A DNA stretch of 64,000 nucleotides from a virus. This document shows positions 1-8,433 of this stretch, in pieces. Position numbers and translations under genes: made by a program. Each line of letters begins with the position of its first letter. Position 1 is the stretch's first letter. Where the stretch lies: positions 2,953 through 66,952 of IMG/VR virus record IMGVR_UViG_3300010389_000010. The stretch is one strand, 5' to 3'. The notes below the pieces were generated by a model. The model was not told the DNA's origin, searched no databases, and worked only from the letters and a program-made list of their open reading frames with translations.

Positions 1-219
1 CTGTTTGTCCCAAGGGATAGCGAAGCCCTCATCAGGCTTCAGAAGGATGTGCCGGAAGACTTCCGCACGGAGGAGTCCGCCTTCATCTTCCTTGGGTTTG
101 AGTTTGATGCCTACACCATCGCCTCGTATTTCGTCCGCGATGGTTACAGCGTCATGATCAATGACCGCGTTTGGTCTGGGCCTGAAGACGCCAAAGAACT
201 CTTCGACCTGCACGGATAA
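1..219 (+). CDS. Hypothetical protein, 5'-truncated by the window edge
   Basis: Frame 1 is open from base 1 (LFVPRDSEAL...ELFDLHG) to TAA at 217-219, directly before leader repeat 1. Confidence 0.7.
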   Translation: MFVPRDSEALIRLQKDVPEDFRTEESAFIFLGFEFDAYTIASYFVRDGYSVMINDRVWSGPEDAKELFDLHG

Positions 220-220
220 C

Positions 221-244
221 ACCCGCAATCATGCACAAAGGGAA
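221..244 (+). repeat. Leader repeat R1 (ACCCGCAATCATGCACAAAGGGAA)
   Basis: Matches consensus ACCY(G/T)CAATCATG(C/A)A-N2-3-AAGGAGAC; ATG at 251. Confidence 0.85.
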
Positions 245-250
245 ATCAGT

Positions 251-958
251 ATGAACTACATCAGCACAATTCCGCCCGAAATCGAGGAATACACCTTCTC
301 CGAACTGTCTCCGGAGGCACAGCAACACGCCATTGAGAAATGGTGTGAGACTGCCGGCGAACACATGGACTACGAATGGTGGGACTGCACCTATGACAGC
401 TTCAAAGCGGTCGCCACCATGATGGGTTACGACATCAGCAATATGTATTTCTCCGGCTTCTGGTGCCAGGGTGATGGCGCCTGCTTTGAAGGTGGGTGGA
501 GTCCGCCTGTTAATCCATATGAGATGCTCTGCAAGGTGCTCGACGAGTACCCTAAATGGGAGGAAATCCACGAGATCGCCCTGACACTGGCCGAGTGCGC
601 CGATGCGCTTGAGGATATGTGGGTTTCCTGCACCCTGACACACTCAGGGAGGTACTGCCACGAGAATACCGTCTCGATCGATGTGTCAATCGATTTCCCA
701 GAGGACTACGATGATTGGGATATCGCCAAGCAATCCGCCCATCGCGCAATCTGGATGGCGCGTGGACTCCCGGATCCTGATGATCCGCTTGACACTTGTG
801 GGTGGAGCGATGTTCTTCATGAAACATCCAAATCCCTCATGCGGATCCTGTATCGCATGTTGGAAGAGGATTACGAGTATCAGACCGGAGAGGAAGAGGC
901 CCGATATCGCTTGAGTGATGGCGATGATCTGTTTGATGCGGAAGGAGACATGGTATGA
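251..958 (+). CDS. Very acidic conserved phage/plasmid protein (YFSGFWxQGDGACF family)
   Basis: Motif YFSGFWCQGDGACFEG and C-terminal LYRMLEEDYEY; start chosen after the R1 RBS. Confidence 0.8.
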   Translation: MNYISTIPPEIEEYTFSELSPEAQQHAIEKWCETAGEHMDYEWWDCTYDSFKAVATMMGYDISNMYFSGFWCQGDGACFEGGWSPPVNPYEMLCKVLDEYPKWEEIHEIALTLAECADALEDMWVSCTLTHSGRYCHENTVSIDVSIDFPEDYDDWDIAKQSAHRAIWMARGLPDPDDPLDTCGWSDVLHETSKSLMRILYRMLEEDYEYQTGEEEARYRLSDGDDLFDAEGDMV

Positions 959-1377
959 GCAATTTTAGATTCCGCGTAGCTTTAGATGCCAGGGTTTATG
1001 GAGAGGTGGAGGCCGAAGCCGATAGCCTTGATGAGGCGCTGGAATTATGCACATCCAAGTATATCAGTGACAAATTCGTACCCGATACCGACGAAAATAG
1101 CGTCGACCCCAGTGAACAGAATGATGTCTTCATTATCGAAGGCATAGACGATGATGATGAAGAGTTTCAATGGACAGACTGTGGTGTGACTCTTGATGAT
1201 GACATGACCATCTGCTGGTCCACCTTTGTCTTGAAAGAAGAGTGGAAGGCCCTCACCCCGCTTCTCAACAAGATCGAAGATCCCCCCCCAATTCTTGTCG
1301 CACTACGCGACAGGTTTAACCGTCAAATGGCAGCCTATGTGGCCGACCGGATGACACAACACGACCCTCAATCATGA
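955..1377 (+). CDS. Acidic hypothetical protein
   Basis: ATGA overlap with the upstream stop; D/E-rich; stop codon falls inside R2. Confidence 0.8.
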   Translation: MSNFRFRVALDARVYGEVEAEADSLDEALELCTSKYISDKFVPDTDENSVDPSEQNDVFIIEGIDDDDEEFQWTDCGVTLDDDMTICWSTFVLKEEWKALTPLLNKIEDPPPILVALRDRFNRQMAAYVADRMTQHDPQS

Positions 1378-1385
1378 GCAAAGGA
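1364..1385 (+). repeat. Leader repeat R2 (ACCCTCAATCATGAGCAAAGGA)
   Basis: Consensus match; ATG at 1393. Confidence 0.85.
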
Positions 1386-1392
1386 ATGCACC

Positions 1393-2289
1393 ATGAATGC
1401 ACATACCCAGACTACCACCGGTGGGATATCCGACCGGGCCCTCGTTGTCAGCCTCACCATCTCTCAATGGTCTGGCCGACGCCTTGATCGCAAGATCACC
1501 GATGAAGTGAACCGCGATCACAATGCCGCTGCAGATGCAGGACGCTACAACAAGCTCCTGTTGCCCAAGGCAGCGCTTGATCCCATCCAGAAGGTGGTGA
1601 GCGAGACACGCAACGACTTCCTTCAGCGCACCCTTCCGTGGCTGAATGATGGCTCCCGTATCATGGCATCCATGGCCTTTCTGGACCATAAGCAATGGCT
1701 GAGTGGGCAGCGTGGCAAGTTCGACATTGCCGTGAACGATTTCCTTGCCGACTACGACAAGTATGTCCTTGAGGCACAGGTCCGTCTCAATGGCATGTTT
1801 GACCCGACGGACTACCCTGGTAAGGATGAGATTGCTTCCCGCTTCTCAATGAATGTCCGTGTCATGCCTGTACCTGAATCGGAAGACTTCCGTGTGGATA
1901 TGAGCGACGATATGGTGCAGGAGATCAAAGCCGAGATCACCAACAGCGTGAACTCTGCCGTGAATGAGGCCGTGTCCGATGTTTACCGGCGTGTTGCTGA
2001 TGTCACCGGCCGCATGGTTGAACGCCTCACCGCGTACAAGCCAGCCGAAGGCAAAGGCCAGAAGTCCGAAGGTATCTTCCGTGACTCACTGGTCGAGAAC
2101 GTGCGTGATCTTACCTCAATCATGCCAATGCTCAACATCACCGGAGATCCACGGCTTACCCGCATTGCGGATGAACTGGTTGATATCTCCAGGTTCGATG
2201 CATCGGTATTGCGTGAGGATCCTGTTGTCCGTGAGAACGTGGCGACTGAGGCTCAGCGCATCCTCGACTCCATCTCTGACTACCTCTGA
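1393..2289 (+). CDS. DUF3150-like protein
   Basis: LVVSLTISQWSGRR, AGRYNKLL, FLADYD and FDPTDYP resemble DUF3150-type proteins found beside MoxR/vWA genes. Confidence 0.65.
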   Translation: MNAHTQTTTGGISDRALVVSLTISQWSGRRLDRKITDEVNRDHNAAADAGRYNKLLLPKAALDPIQKVVSETRNDFLQRTLPWLNDGSRIMASMAFLDHKQWLSGQRGKFDIAVNDFLADYDKYVLEAQVRLNGMFDPTDYPGKDEIASRFSMNVRVMPVPESEDFRVDMSDDMVQEIKAEITNSVNSAVNEAVSDVYRRVADVTGRMVERLTAYKPAEGKGQKSEGIFRDSLVENVRDLTSIMPMLNITGDPRLTRIADELVDISRFDASVLREDPVVRENVATEAQRILDSISDYL

Positions 2290-2582
2290 TGGACCGGCAA
2301 GAAATCATCCGGCGTGCCCTTGGTGCGCCGGATATTATCCAAGGTGATGACACGATGTGGTGCACATTCGCTTTCCCTTGTGGAGGCGGGAGTGAAAAGT
2401 TTGAATACCAGGTTTACTACTGGCAAGACACCAATGAGTTTGAGTTCTTCAAGCGTCGAATGGACACTTACGACAAGGTCGATCTGCCAGTGAAAATGCA
2501 CCAACTCATCATGAATTGTTTAACCCCAGAATGCTTGGCACATTGTGCCGCATTGAGAATGACAGGAGAAGACCATGGGTGA
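2289..2582 (+). CDS. Small hypothetical protein with C-terminal L-x5-A-x5-RM tag
   Basis: TGATG coupling to the upstream gene; ends LTPECLAHCAALRMTGEDHG. Confidence 0.8.
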   Translation: MDRQEIIRRALGAPDIIQGDDTMWCTFAFPCGGGSEKFEYQVYYWQDTNEFEFFKRRMDTYDKVDLPVKMHQLIMNCLTPECLAHCAALRMTGEDHG

Positions 2583-3117
2583 CAGAGTATGGGCGTCCAT
2601 CGAGATCGGTGGACATATCAACAGCTTCGAAGCATTGGATGATTTGGTCAAGGCTATCCTTGATGAAGGAATCACATGCACCGAGACTGATATATACCTG
2701 AGCACAAGGCAAAAAGTTCTGAAGGCTTTGCACCACTGCGTTTCAGCCAACAAGCCAGTCGAGTTCTCTGGAGATGAGGTCAATTACGGCAAGTTCGGAG
2801 CAATAGACAGCGTCGTGGAGGAATATGGCTTGTGTTCCTCGACCAAATACCAAGCCGGTGGCGGGTTCCCAGAAGGTATCACAACAATCACCCTTGATGG
2901 CCGGGAGTACAACACTGCAACTTGTGAAGATGATCCAGTCATATGTCTATATGAGTTGGAGAACGCCGTCGGTGATGAAAGCAAGCCACTGAAAGATGTC
3001 CTGCTGGATATCGCTCAACTCATGTCCTACGCAAGATCATGCTCTGGGAGAGACCTTCCAAAGCTAACCATTGAGCCGCACATCCTTGCCGGATCCCGCA
3101 TGGTCGCGGCTGAATAA
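2575..3117 (+). CDS. Acidic hypothetical protein
   Basis: GGAG RBS, overlaps the upstream stop; ends LTIEPHILAGSRMVAAE. Confidence 0.8.
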   Translation: MGDRVWASIEIGGHINSFEALDDLVKAILDEGITCTETDIYLSTRQKVLKALHHCVSANKPVEFSGDEVNYGKFGAIDSVVEEYGLCSSTKYQAGGGFPEGITTITLDGREYNTATCEDDPVICLYELENAVGDESKPLKDVLLDIAQLMSYARSCSGRDLPKLTIEPHILAGSRMVAAE

Positions 3118-3127
3118 CAGACTACCA

Positions 3128-3155
3128 ACCCCCAAAAATGGAAACCAAAGGAGAC
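3128..3155 (+). repeat. Leader repeat R3, degenerate (ACCCCCAAAAATGGAAACCAAAGGAGAC)
   Basis: Partial consensus match; ATG at 3160. Confidence 0.6.
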
Positions 3156-3159
3156 TACA

Positions 3160-4143
3160 ATGAGCATCAAGAACGCAATCGCAATCCTGTCCGACTATCT
3201 GGACAATGACATACCCGCCTTCATGTGGGGCCCGCCAGGTGTCGGCAAGTCCGACGCTGTCAGACAGGTGGCCGCCGCTAGGAAGGTTGGTATGCTCGAC
3301 TTCCGTGCAATCCTGCGTGATCCGGTGGATCTTCGCGGTCTGCCTTCCGTTGCCGATGGCAGCGCAAGGTGGCTTCCACCTTCCGACCTGCCCAATGCAG
3401 AGCGTGACGGGAAGGAAGGCATCCTGTTTCTGGATGAACTTAACGCCGCACCTGCATCCGTGCAGGCTGCATGCTTCGGCCTTGTTCTCGACCGCAAGGT
3501 GGGTGAGTACAAGCTCCCAGATGGATGGCGTATCGTTGCAGCTGGTAACCGTCAGTCAGACCGTGCCGCTGCCCAACGCATGCCGACGGCTCTTGCCAAC
3601 AGGTTCGCTCACATTGACGTCAATGCAGACCACGAAGACTTCGTGGAGTGGGCTGAAGCCAACGGCATTGATCATGGTGTGATCGACTTCATCAAGTTCC
3701 GGCCCGGCCTGTTGCACAACATGGAAGGTGCAGATCAGCGTGCGTTCCCGACTCCACGGTCATGGTCCATGGTTTCGAGACTGAGCAAGCTCCCCATGGA
3801 GAGGCAACTCACCGCTGTTGAAGGTGTGGTTGGCAAGGGAGCCGCGGCCGAGTACATGGGCTTCGTGCGCCTTCGCAACCAGCTTCCTTCACTCAAGGAG
3901 ATCCTGGCCAATCCAGAAACGACCAGAGTTCCTGAGGAGCCGGGCGCAAAGTATGCCGTTTCCTCTGGTATCGCTCGTGTGGTGGACAAGGACACTCTGG
4001 GTGCTGGTGTGATCTATATGCGCCGTCTGCCGAAAGAGTTCTCTGTCATGATGATGACCGATGCGGTGCGTCGTGATAAGTCCCTGCGTGAAACCAAAAC
4101 CTACATCGATTGGGTCGCGGAGAACCAAGATGTCATCTTTTGA
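3160..4143 (+). CDS. MoxR-like (AAA_5-type) AAA+ ATPase
   Basis: Walker A GPPGVGKS, Walker B ILFLDELN, sensor IVAAGNR, arginine finger ALANRF, PTPRSW. Confidence 0.92.
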   Translation: MSIKNAIAILSDYLDNDIPAFMWGPPGVGKSDAVRQVAAARKVGMLDFRAILRDPVDLRGLPSVADGSARWLPPSDLPNAERDGKEGILFLDELNAAPASVQAACFGLVLDRKVGEYKLPDGWRIVAAGNRQSDRAAAQRMPTALANRFAHIDVNADHEDFVEWAEANGIDHGVIDFIKFRPGLLHNMEGADQRAFPTPRSWSMVSRLSKLPMERQLTAVEGVVGKGAAAEYMGFVRLRNQLPSLKEILANPETTRVPEEPGAKYAVSSGIARVVDKDTLGAGVIYMRRLPKEFSVMMMTDAVRRDKSLRETKTYIDWVAENQDVIF

Positions 4144-4486
4144 TTGGCCGGATAGATTCCGCGATCCTCTAACGGGCTGGTTTCTGACCGGCCCGTTCAT
4201 TGTCTCCCAAGTTCCGGATGAGCTTGTCATCTTCACGTTCCATAGTGATGATGGAATGCAGTTTATCTCTCTGATCTTTGGAAAGATCAAAGGCGCCGGT
4301 CATTGGGGCCTGAGTATGTCAGATCAGGACGGGCAATTTTTCACATTTACTGATGGATTCGATATGAAAGCGCCTGGGAATATACGTCCCATGACGGAGG
4401 TATATCTGAGGGAAATTGAATTCCTGAAGGGGAGACTGACAACCAAGCAACACGCCTTGGTAACATCCATCAAGATGAGGGGATAG
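4130..4486 (+). CDS. Small hypothetical protein with C-terminal L-x5-A-x5-KM tag
   Basis: GGAG RBS before ATG 4130; ends LTTKQHALVTSIKMRG. Confidence 0.75.
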   Translation: MSSFDWPDRFRDPLTGWFLTGPFIVSQVPDELVIFTFHSDDGMQFISLIFGKIKGAGHWGLSMSDQDGQFFTFTDGFDMKAPGNIRPMTEVYLREIEFLKGRLTTKQHALVTSIKMRG

Positions 4487-4487
4487 C

Positions 4488-4841
4488 ATGTACCATTTCA
4501 AGATAATCTATCCCCCCATTGCCGATCCAGAAAACGAAAAACATCTGAAGGAACGGGTGGCTACCCCAAGTTTCATCACGCTCAGCTACTATTTCAATTG
4601 CGTGATGATCGACGGTTCAATCCAGTTCTACAATCTGTCTTGGATCTGTAAAACATCCAGGTTTAATGTGACCAACCTCACTGGCAAAAAGGAGCAGAAC
4701 ATAGTCAACCCACATATGTTCACCGGTGACCTGTCAAAGCGGCTCACCATATCATCTGTTCAGAAAGTGAAAGATGCCTTGGTTCCAAGGCTTAAACCGG
4801 AGCACCTTGCCCAGATAACATATGCAAGGATGCTCAACTAA
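4488..4841 (+). CDS. Small hypothetical protein with C-terminal L-x5-A-x5-RM tag
   Basis: Starts 1 nt after the upstream stop; ends LKPEHLAQITYARMLN. Confidence 0.75.
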   Translation: MYHFKIIYPPIADPENEKHLKERVATPSFITLSYYFNCVMIDGSIQFYNLSWICKTSRFNVTNLTGKKEQNIVNPHMFTGDLSKRLTISSVQKVKDALVPRLKPEHLAQITYARMLN

Positions 4842-4863
4842 CCTGCAATCATGCACGAAAGGA
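4841..4863 (+). repeat. Leader repeat R4 (ACCTGCAATCATGCACGAAAGGA)
   Basis: Consensus match; ATG at 4870. Confidence 0.85.
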
Positions 4864-4869
4864 AACACC

Positions 4870-6030
4870 ATGAACGCTGAAACCCTACTGGTAGCAGCAA
4901 AGACAACGCTGATGTTCGACAACCCATTCTTCGGGATGCTGTGTGTGCAGCTCCCACTGGTTGAAGATCCGTCATGCGAAACCATGGCGACCGATGGTCA
5001 GAAGCTGTACTTCAATTCCAAGTTCGTCCAGTCGCTGACCAAGGCAGAGCTGGTCTTTGTTGTCGCCCATGAAGTGCTGCACAATGCCTTCGAGCACCAT
5101 GTCCGGAGACAGCACCGAGATCCACGGCTCTGGAACATAGCCGCTGACTACGCAATAAACGGCGAGCTCGTGGAATGCGGTTTCACCATGCCCAAGTGCG
5201 GCCTGATCCACAAGGACTTCACCGGACTGAGTGCGGAAGAGATCTACCGGATCCTCGGAGACGACAGCAAGAGACCTGCCGATCTGCCAGATCCTGGCGC
5301 AATCCCTGGCTCAAGTGATCCCGGGGGTTGCGGCCGCATCATGGATGCAGCTGACGCCCATGACAAGGATGGACTCGAGAGAGCAAGGGCAGAGGCACGG
5401 ATGATGGTCGCTCAAGCCGCTGCGGTGGCTGCCAAGAAGGCAGGCAAGCTGTCTGCCAATCTGCAGCGCCTGATCAACACCCTGCTCACACCTGTAGTGG
5501 ACTGGCGTGCTGTGTTGCGTCGTTTCATCGACGAGTCCAACTCTCGTGACTACTCATGGACCAGACCAAACCGTAGATACCTCAGCTCTGGCTTCATCCT
5601 GCCGGGCATGGTGACGGATGGCATATCTCACATCACCATAGCCGTGGACACATCAGGCTCGATCGACAACGATATCCTGTCCCGCTTCGCTTCCGAGATC
5701 AACGGTGCCTTCGGTGATGGGATGATCGACAAGATCACTGTGATCTATGCGGATAGCAATGTGTGTGCTGTCGAACGGTTCGAGGCTGGCGATGAGCTGA
5801 AGCTCAACCCTGCTGGTGGTGGTGGCACTGCATTCTCCGACACCTTCGACTGGATTGCGAAGAACGAACCCGACACCAACGCCATCATCTACTTCACAGA
5901 TCTCTATGTCTCTGACTTCGGCCAGGATCTGGGGATCCCCACCTTGTGGGCAGTATATGGTGACAGTCGAGAGTTCGAGAGACTGTCTGCAAAGGTTCCC
6001 TTCGGTGAATGTGTCAGCGTGTCAGAATGA
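4870..6030 (+). CDS. DUF2201-type putative metallopeptidase fused to a vWA-like domain
   Basis: TMATDG, HEVLH (HExxH), WNIAADYAIN; vWA MIDAS AVDTSGSI, GGGGTAF, YFTD. Confidence 0.9.
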   Translation: MNAETLLVAAKTTLMFDNPFFGMLCVQLPLVEDPSCETMATDGQKLYFNSKFVQSLTKAELVFVVAHEVLHNAFEHHVRRQHRDPRLWNIAADYAINGELVECGFTMPKCGLIHKDFTGLSAEEIYRILGDDSKRPADLPDPGAIPGSSDPGGCGRIMDAADAHDKDGLERARAEARMMVAQAAAVAAKKAGKLSANLQRLINTLLTPVVDWRAVLRRFIDESNSRDYSWTRPNRRYLSSGFILPGMVTDGISHITIAVDTSGSIDNDILSRFASEINGAFGDGMIDKITVIYADSNVCAVERFEAGDELKLNPAGGGGTAFSDTFDWIAKNEPDTNAIIYFTDLYVSDFGQDLGIPTLWAVYGDSREFERLSAKVPFGECVSVSE

Positions 6031-6437
6031 AGAGGACAAAACCAATAAACATGCACGGCCAGACAGGCACGTCGTGCAAGTTCGTTAAGATCCTCGGCCC
6101 TTTCAAGATGTCATCCACAAAGGACAGTGTGACATGGTATTTTGCAGGGAAGCTGCATCAGGGTCATGGATACCCAAGCAATGACCGGATATCGAGCGGC
6201 TATTGCATGCCAATTCTGATCTTCAATTATCGTTTGGGTAAATGGCGTGCAACCTGGGCAAGTCTGAAAAATGATGACGTCAATTCTATAACGTCCATGA
6301 TGGACAGCCTGTTCCCAACATCAAACATGAACACCACTGACTACCCGAGTGGAAAGCTGACCGATGTTCTCAAGGAGATGCTCACCAGAGAAGACATGGC
6401 AAGGGCAGCGTCCGCCCGGATGACCGGAGAACACTAA
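6027..6437 (+). CDS. Small hypothetical protein with C-terminal L-x5-A-x5-RM tag
   Basis: ATGA overlap with the vWA gene stop; ends LTREDMARAASARMTGEH. Confidence 0.75.
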   Translation: MKRTKPINMHGQTGTSCKFVKILGPFKMSSTKDSVTWYFAGKLHQGHGYPSNDRISSGYCMPILIFNYRLGKWRATWASLKNDDVNSITSMMDSLFPTSNMNTTDYPSGKLTDVLKEMLTREDMARAASARMTGEH

Positions 6438-6462
6438 CCCGCAATCATGCGAACAAGGAGAC
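6437..6462 (+). repeat. Leader repeat R5 (ACCCGCAATCATGCGAACAAGGAGAC)
   Basis: Consensus match; ATG at 6467. Confidence 0.85.
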
Positions 6463-6466
6463 TGCA

Positions 6467-6892
6467 ATGAAATACTCAATAAGCCAGCTGGTTGAGGCCA
6501 CGATCTGCGTCGGAGGTCAAGGCGACAGCATGGACAACAGCTACAAGTTCCTCGTGAAGAAGAAAGGCGACGCCGAATATCATGCCATTCTTCTCAATGT
6601 GAAGACGCAGGATCGGAAGAGAGGCCATCGATTTAGCGACATCGACAAACCAAAGATCGAATACAAAACCAGATGGCTTTACGCCGGCCACTATTCGATC
6701 GATCTCGAGCAACCCTTCAAGGATCTTGCCCTCTCCGACGTGGTGGAGTCAGACAAGAAGCTGGTGGACGCACTGTTTGACCGTCTGCCTGCCACACACA
6801 AGGCGCAGATCGCTTCAGTTAGAATGCTGGCAGGACAGCGAGGGCGCCATGCAAAAAAGGAAATGGAACATGAAAAAAGTGAACGAATTTAA
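6467..6892 (+). CDS. Small hypothetical protein with near-C-terminal L-x5-A-x5-RM tag
   Basis: Strong RBS in R5; contains LPATHKAQIASVRMLAG. Confidence 0.8.
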   Translation: MKYSISQLVEATICVGGQGDSMDNSYKFLVKKKGDAEYHAILLNVKTQDRKRGHRFSDIDKPKIEYKTRWLYAGHYSIDLEQPFKDLALSDVVESDKKLVDALFDRLPATHKAQIASVRMLAGQRGRHAKKEMEHEKSERI

Positions 6893-7304
6893 TTACCATG
6901 ACTACAACGTCGAGCAGTTCAATCTTTCCCACATGGAGTCAGCTTTAGCCGTCTGGGAATGGATCAATGAGGTCACATTGATCGTCGAAGGACATGACTG
7001 GCACATCACTGAGTGGGTGGATCTGCGTGGAAACATCGGATCCATTGAATTGCGCATGCAATCTGTACCGATAGGTATCTGGGTGGATGAAGTCATTCAA
7101 GGCGTGTTCAAGTTAATCGGCTCTGATTCCTATGAGGACACCTTCCATGAGATCGACATGTTGTCCTGGGATTTCGAAGTGTTTCCCCACATCTTGAGTA
7201 ATTACCTGAAGGACAAAGCAGGCAAGCCTGTTATCTATCAACAGGACTTCCCCAATCCAGAAGATATCGCAATGGTCTTGGCCGCCCAGATCCGGATGGC
7301 CTGA
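6870..7304 (+). CDS. Hypothetical protein
   Basis: AAGGA RBS before ATG 6870; ends PNPEDIAMVLAAQIRMA. Confidence 0.75.
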   Translation: MKKVNEFNYHDYNVEQFNLSHMESALAVWEWINEVTLIVEGHDWHITEWVDLRGNIGSIELRMQSVPIGIWVDEVIQGVFKLIGSDSYEDTFHEIDMLSWDFEVFPHILSNYLKDKAGKPVIYQQDFPNPEDIAMVLAAQIRMA

Positions 7305-7311
7305 CACCAAC

Positions 7312-7337
7312 CCCCGCAATTATGCACGAAAGGAGAC
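7312..7337 (+). repeat. Leader repeat R6 (CCCCGCAATTATGCACGAAAGGAGAC)
   Basis: Consensus match with one core mismatch; ATG at 7342. Confidence 0.85.
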
Positions 7338-7341
7338 TACA

Positions 7342-7827
7342 ATGAAACTCGAACTGAAAAATATCCAAGTCAACACCGGCATGTCAGAGGAAACTCACTG
7401 CTACAGCGCGTCCGTATGGATGGACGGCAAGAGAGTCGGTGAAGTTGGCAACCACGGCCACGGTGGGTGCGATGAACAGCGCATTGATCAGGCTACCCTG
7501 GCAAAGATTGATGCCTGGCTCACTGCTCATCCGCCAAAGGGATGGAATGAAGACAACGCAGTCCATGGATACAACATCCCATACGATCTGGAAATGTGGT
7601 GCGGTGATCAGATCAATGCTCATCTGGTCGAGCGTGATTTCTCAAGGATCCTGAAGACCAAGGTTCTCTTCGCTCACGATGGAAAACTCTATGAGATCCC
7701 GAGAAAGAAACACCCTCTCCAGGCGATCGTTGACCACATCAAGAAAAAATATGGTGGCAATACACAGATCCTCAACACCATGAAGCGGCCTGAAGCTGTT
7801 GAGATCTTCAACAAGATGGCTGCCTAA
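7342..7827 (+). CDS. Conserved phage hypothetical protein (SEETxCY...NxGHGG motif)
   Basis: Strong RBS; motif MSEETHCYSA...VGNHGHGGCD. Confidence 0.8.
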   Translation: MKLELKNIQVNTGMSEETHCYSASVWMDGKRVGEVGNHGHGGCDEQRIDQATLAKIDAWLTAHPPKGWNEDNAVHGYNIPYDLEMWCGDQINAHLVERDFSRILKTKVLFAHDGKLYEIPRKKHPLQAIVDHIKKKYGGNTQILNTMKRPEAVEIFNKMAA

Positions 7828-7832
7828 CAACA

Positions 7833-7854
7833 TGGCCGGGGTTCGCCCCGGTCA
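7833..7854 (+). other. 9-bp GC hairpin with UUCG loop and no U-tail
   Basis: TGGCCGGGG-TTCG-CCCCGGTCA, directly before R7. Confidence 0.6.
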
Positions 7855-7857
7855 CCA

Positions 7858-7880
7858 ACCCTCAATCATGAACAAAGGAG
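7858..7880 (+). repeat. Leader repeat R7 (ACCCTCAATCATGAACAAAGGAG)
   Basis: Consensus match; ATG at 7888. Confidence 0.85.
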
Positions 7881-7887
7881 AACTTCC

Positions 7888-8433
7888 ATGGATATATGGA
7901 TCGTATGCGTCGACAGCAAACACGGTGTCGACTTCAATGCATTCACCGAAGAGGCCGCAGCACAAGCGTACATCAAAGGCATTGTTGATGAGAGCGTGCA
8001 GAAGGCAATTAAGAGCGGCTTCGTCAAAGAAGACGAGATCCCGCCATACGGAGCCGATGAAGGATGGCGAGATGCCATGGAGCTTGTCGACTGCGAGACC
8101 TACATCTATCTCGAGTCTCGAGAGCTGCCCGTCGTGCCTTCCAGCGTGTTGCGGGATGGAATTGCAGAGATCCACAATCTTCTGCACCAGATATCCCAAA
8201 TGCGTGGCATGTTTGGAGATGAAGATGGCACCATTGCCGAGGCTGTGGATAGCGCTGAGGAATTCTGCGAACAGCACAAGAACACCGACGCGGCCCAGCC
8301 CTTCAGCAAGGCTCTATCTTTGCTGATCGAAAACTTCTCTGCCTGGGATGATGAAGAGGCCAGCGTCAAGGAAGAGCACGCCGAACTCATCGAAAGAACC
8401 AAAGCGTTTCTCAATCAGGAGGGATGGGCATGA
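7888..8433 (+). CDS. Very acidic hypothetical protein
   Basis: Strong RBS in R7; E/D-rich. Confidence 0.8.
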   Translation: MDIWIVCVDSKHGVDFNAFTEEAAAQAYIKGIVDESVQKAIKSGFVKEDEIPPYGADEGWRDAMELVDCETYIYLESRELPVVPSSVLRDGIAEIHNLLHQISQMRGMFGDEDGTIAEAVDSAEEFCEQHKNTDAAQPFSKALSLLIENFSAWDDEEASVKEEHAELIERTKAFLNQEGWA

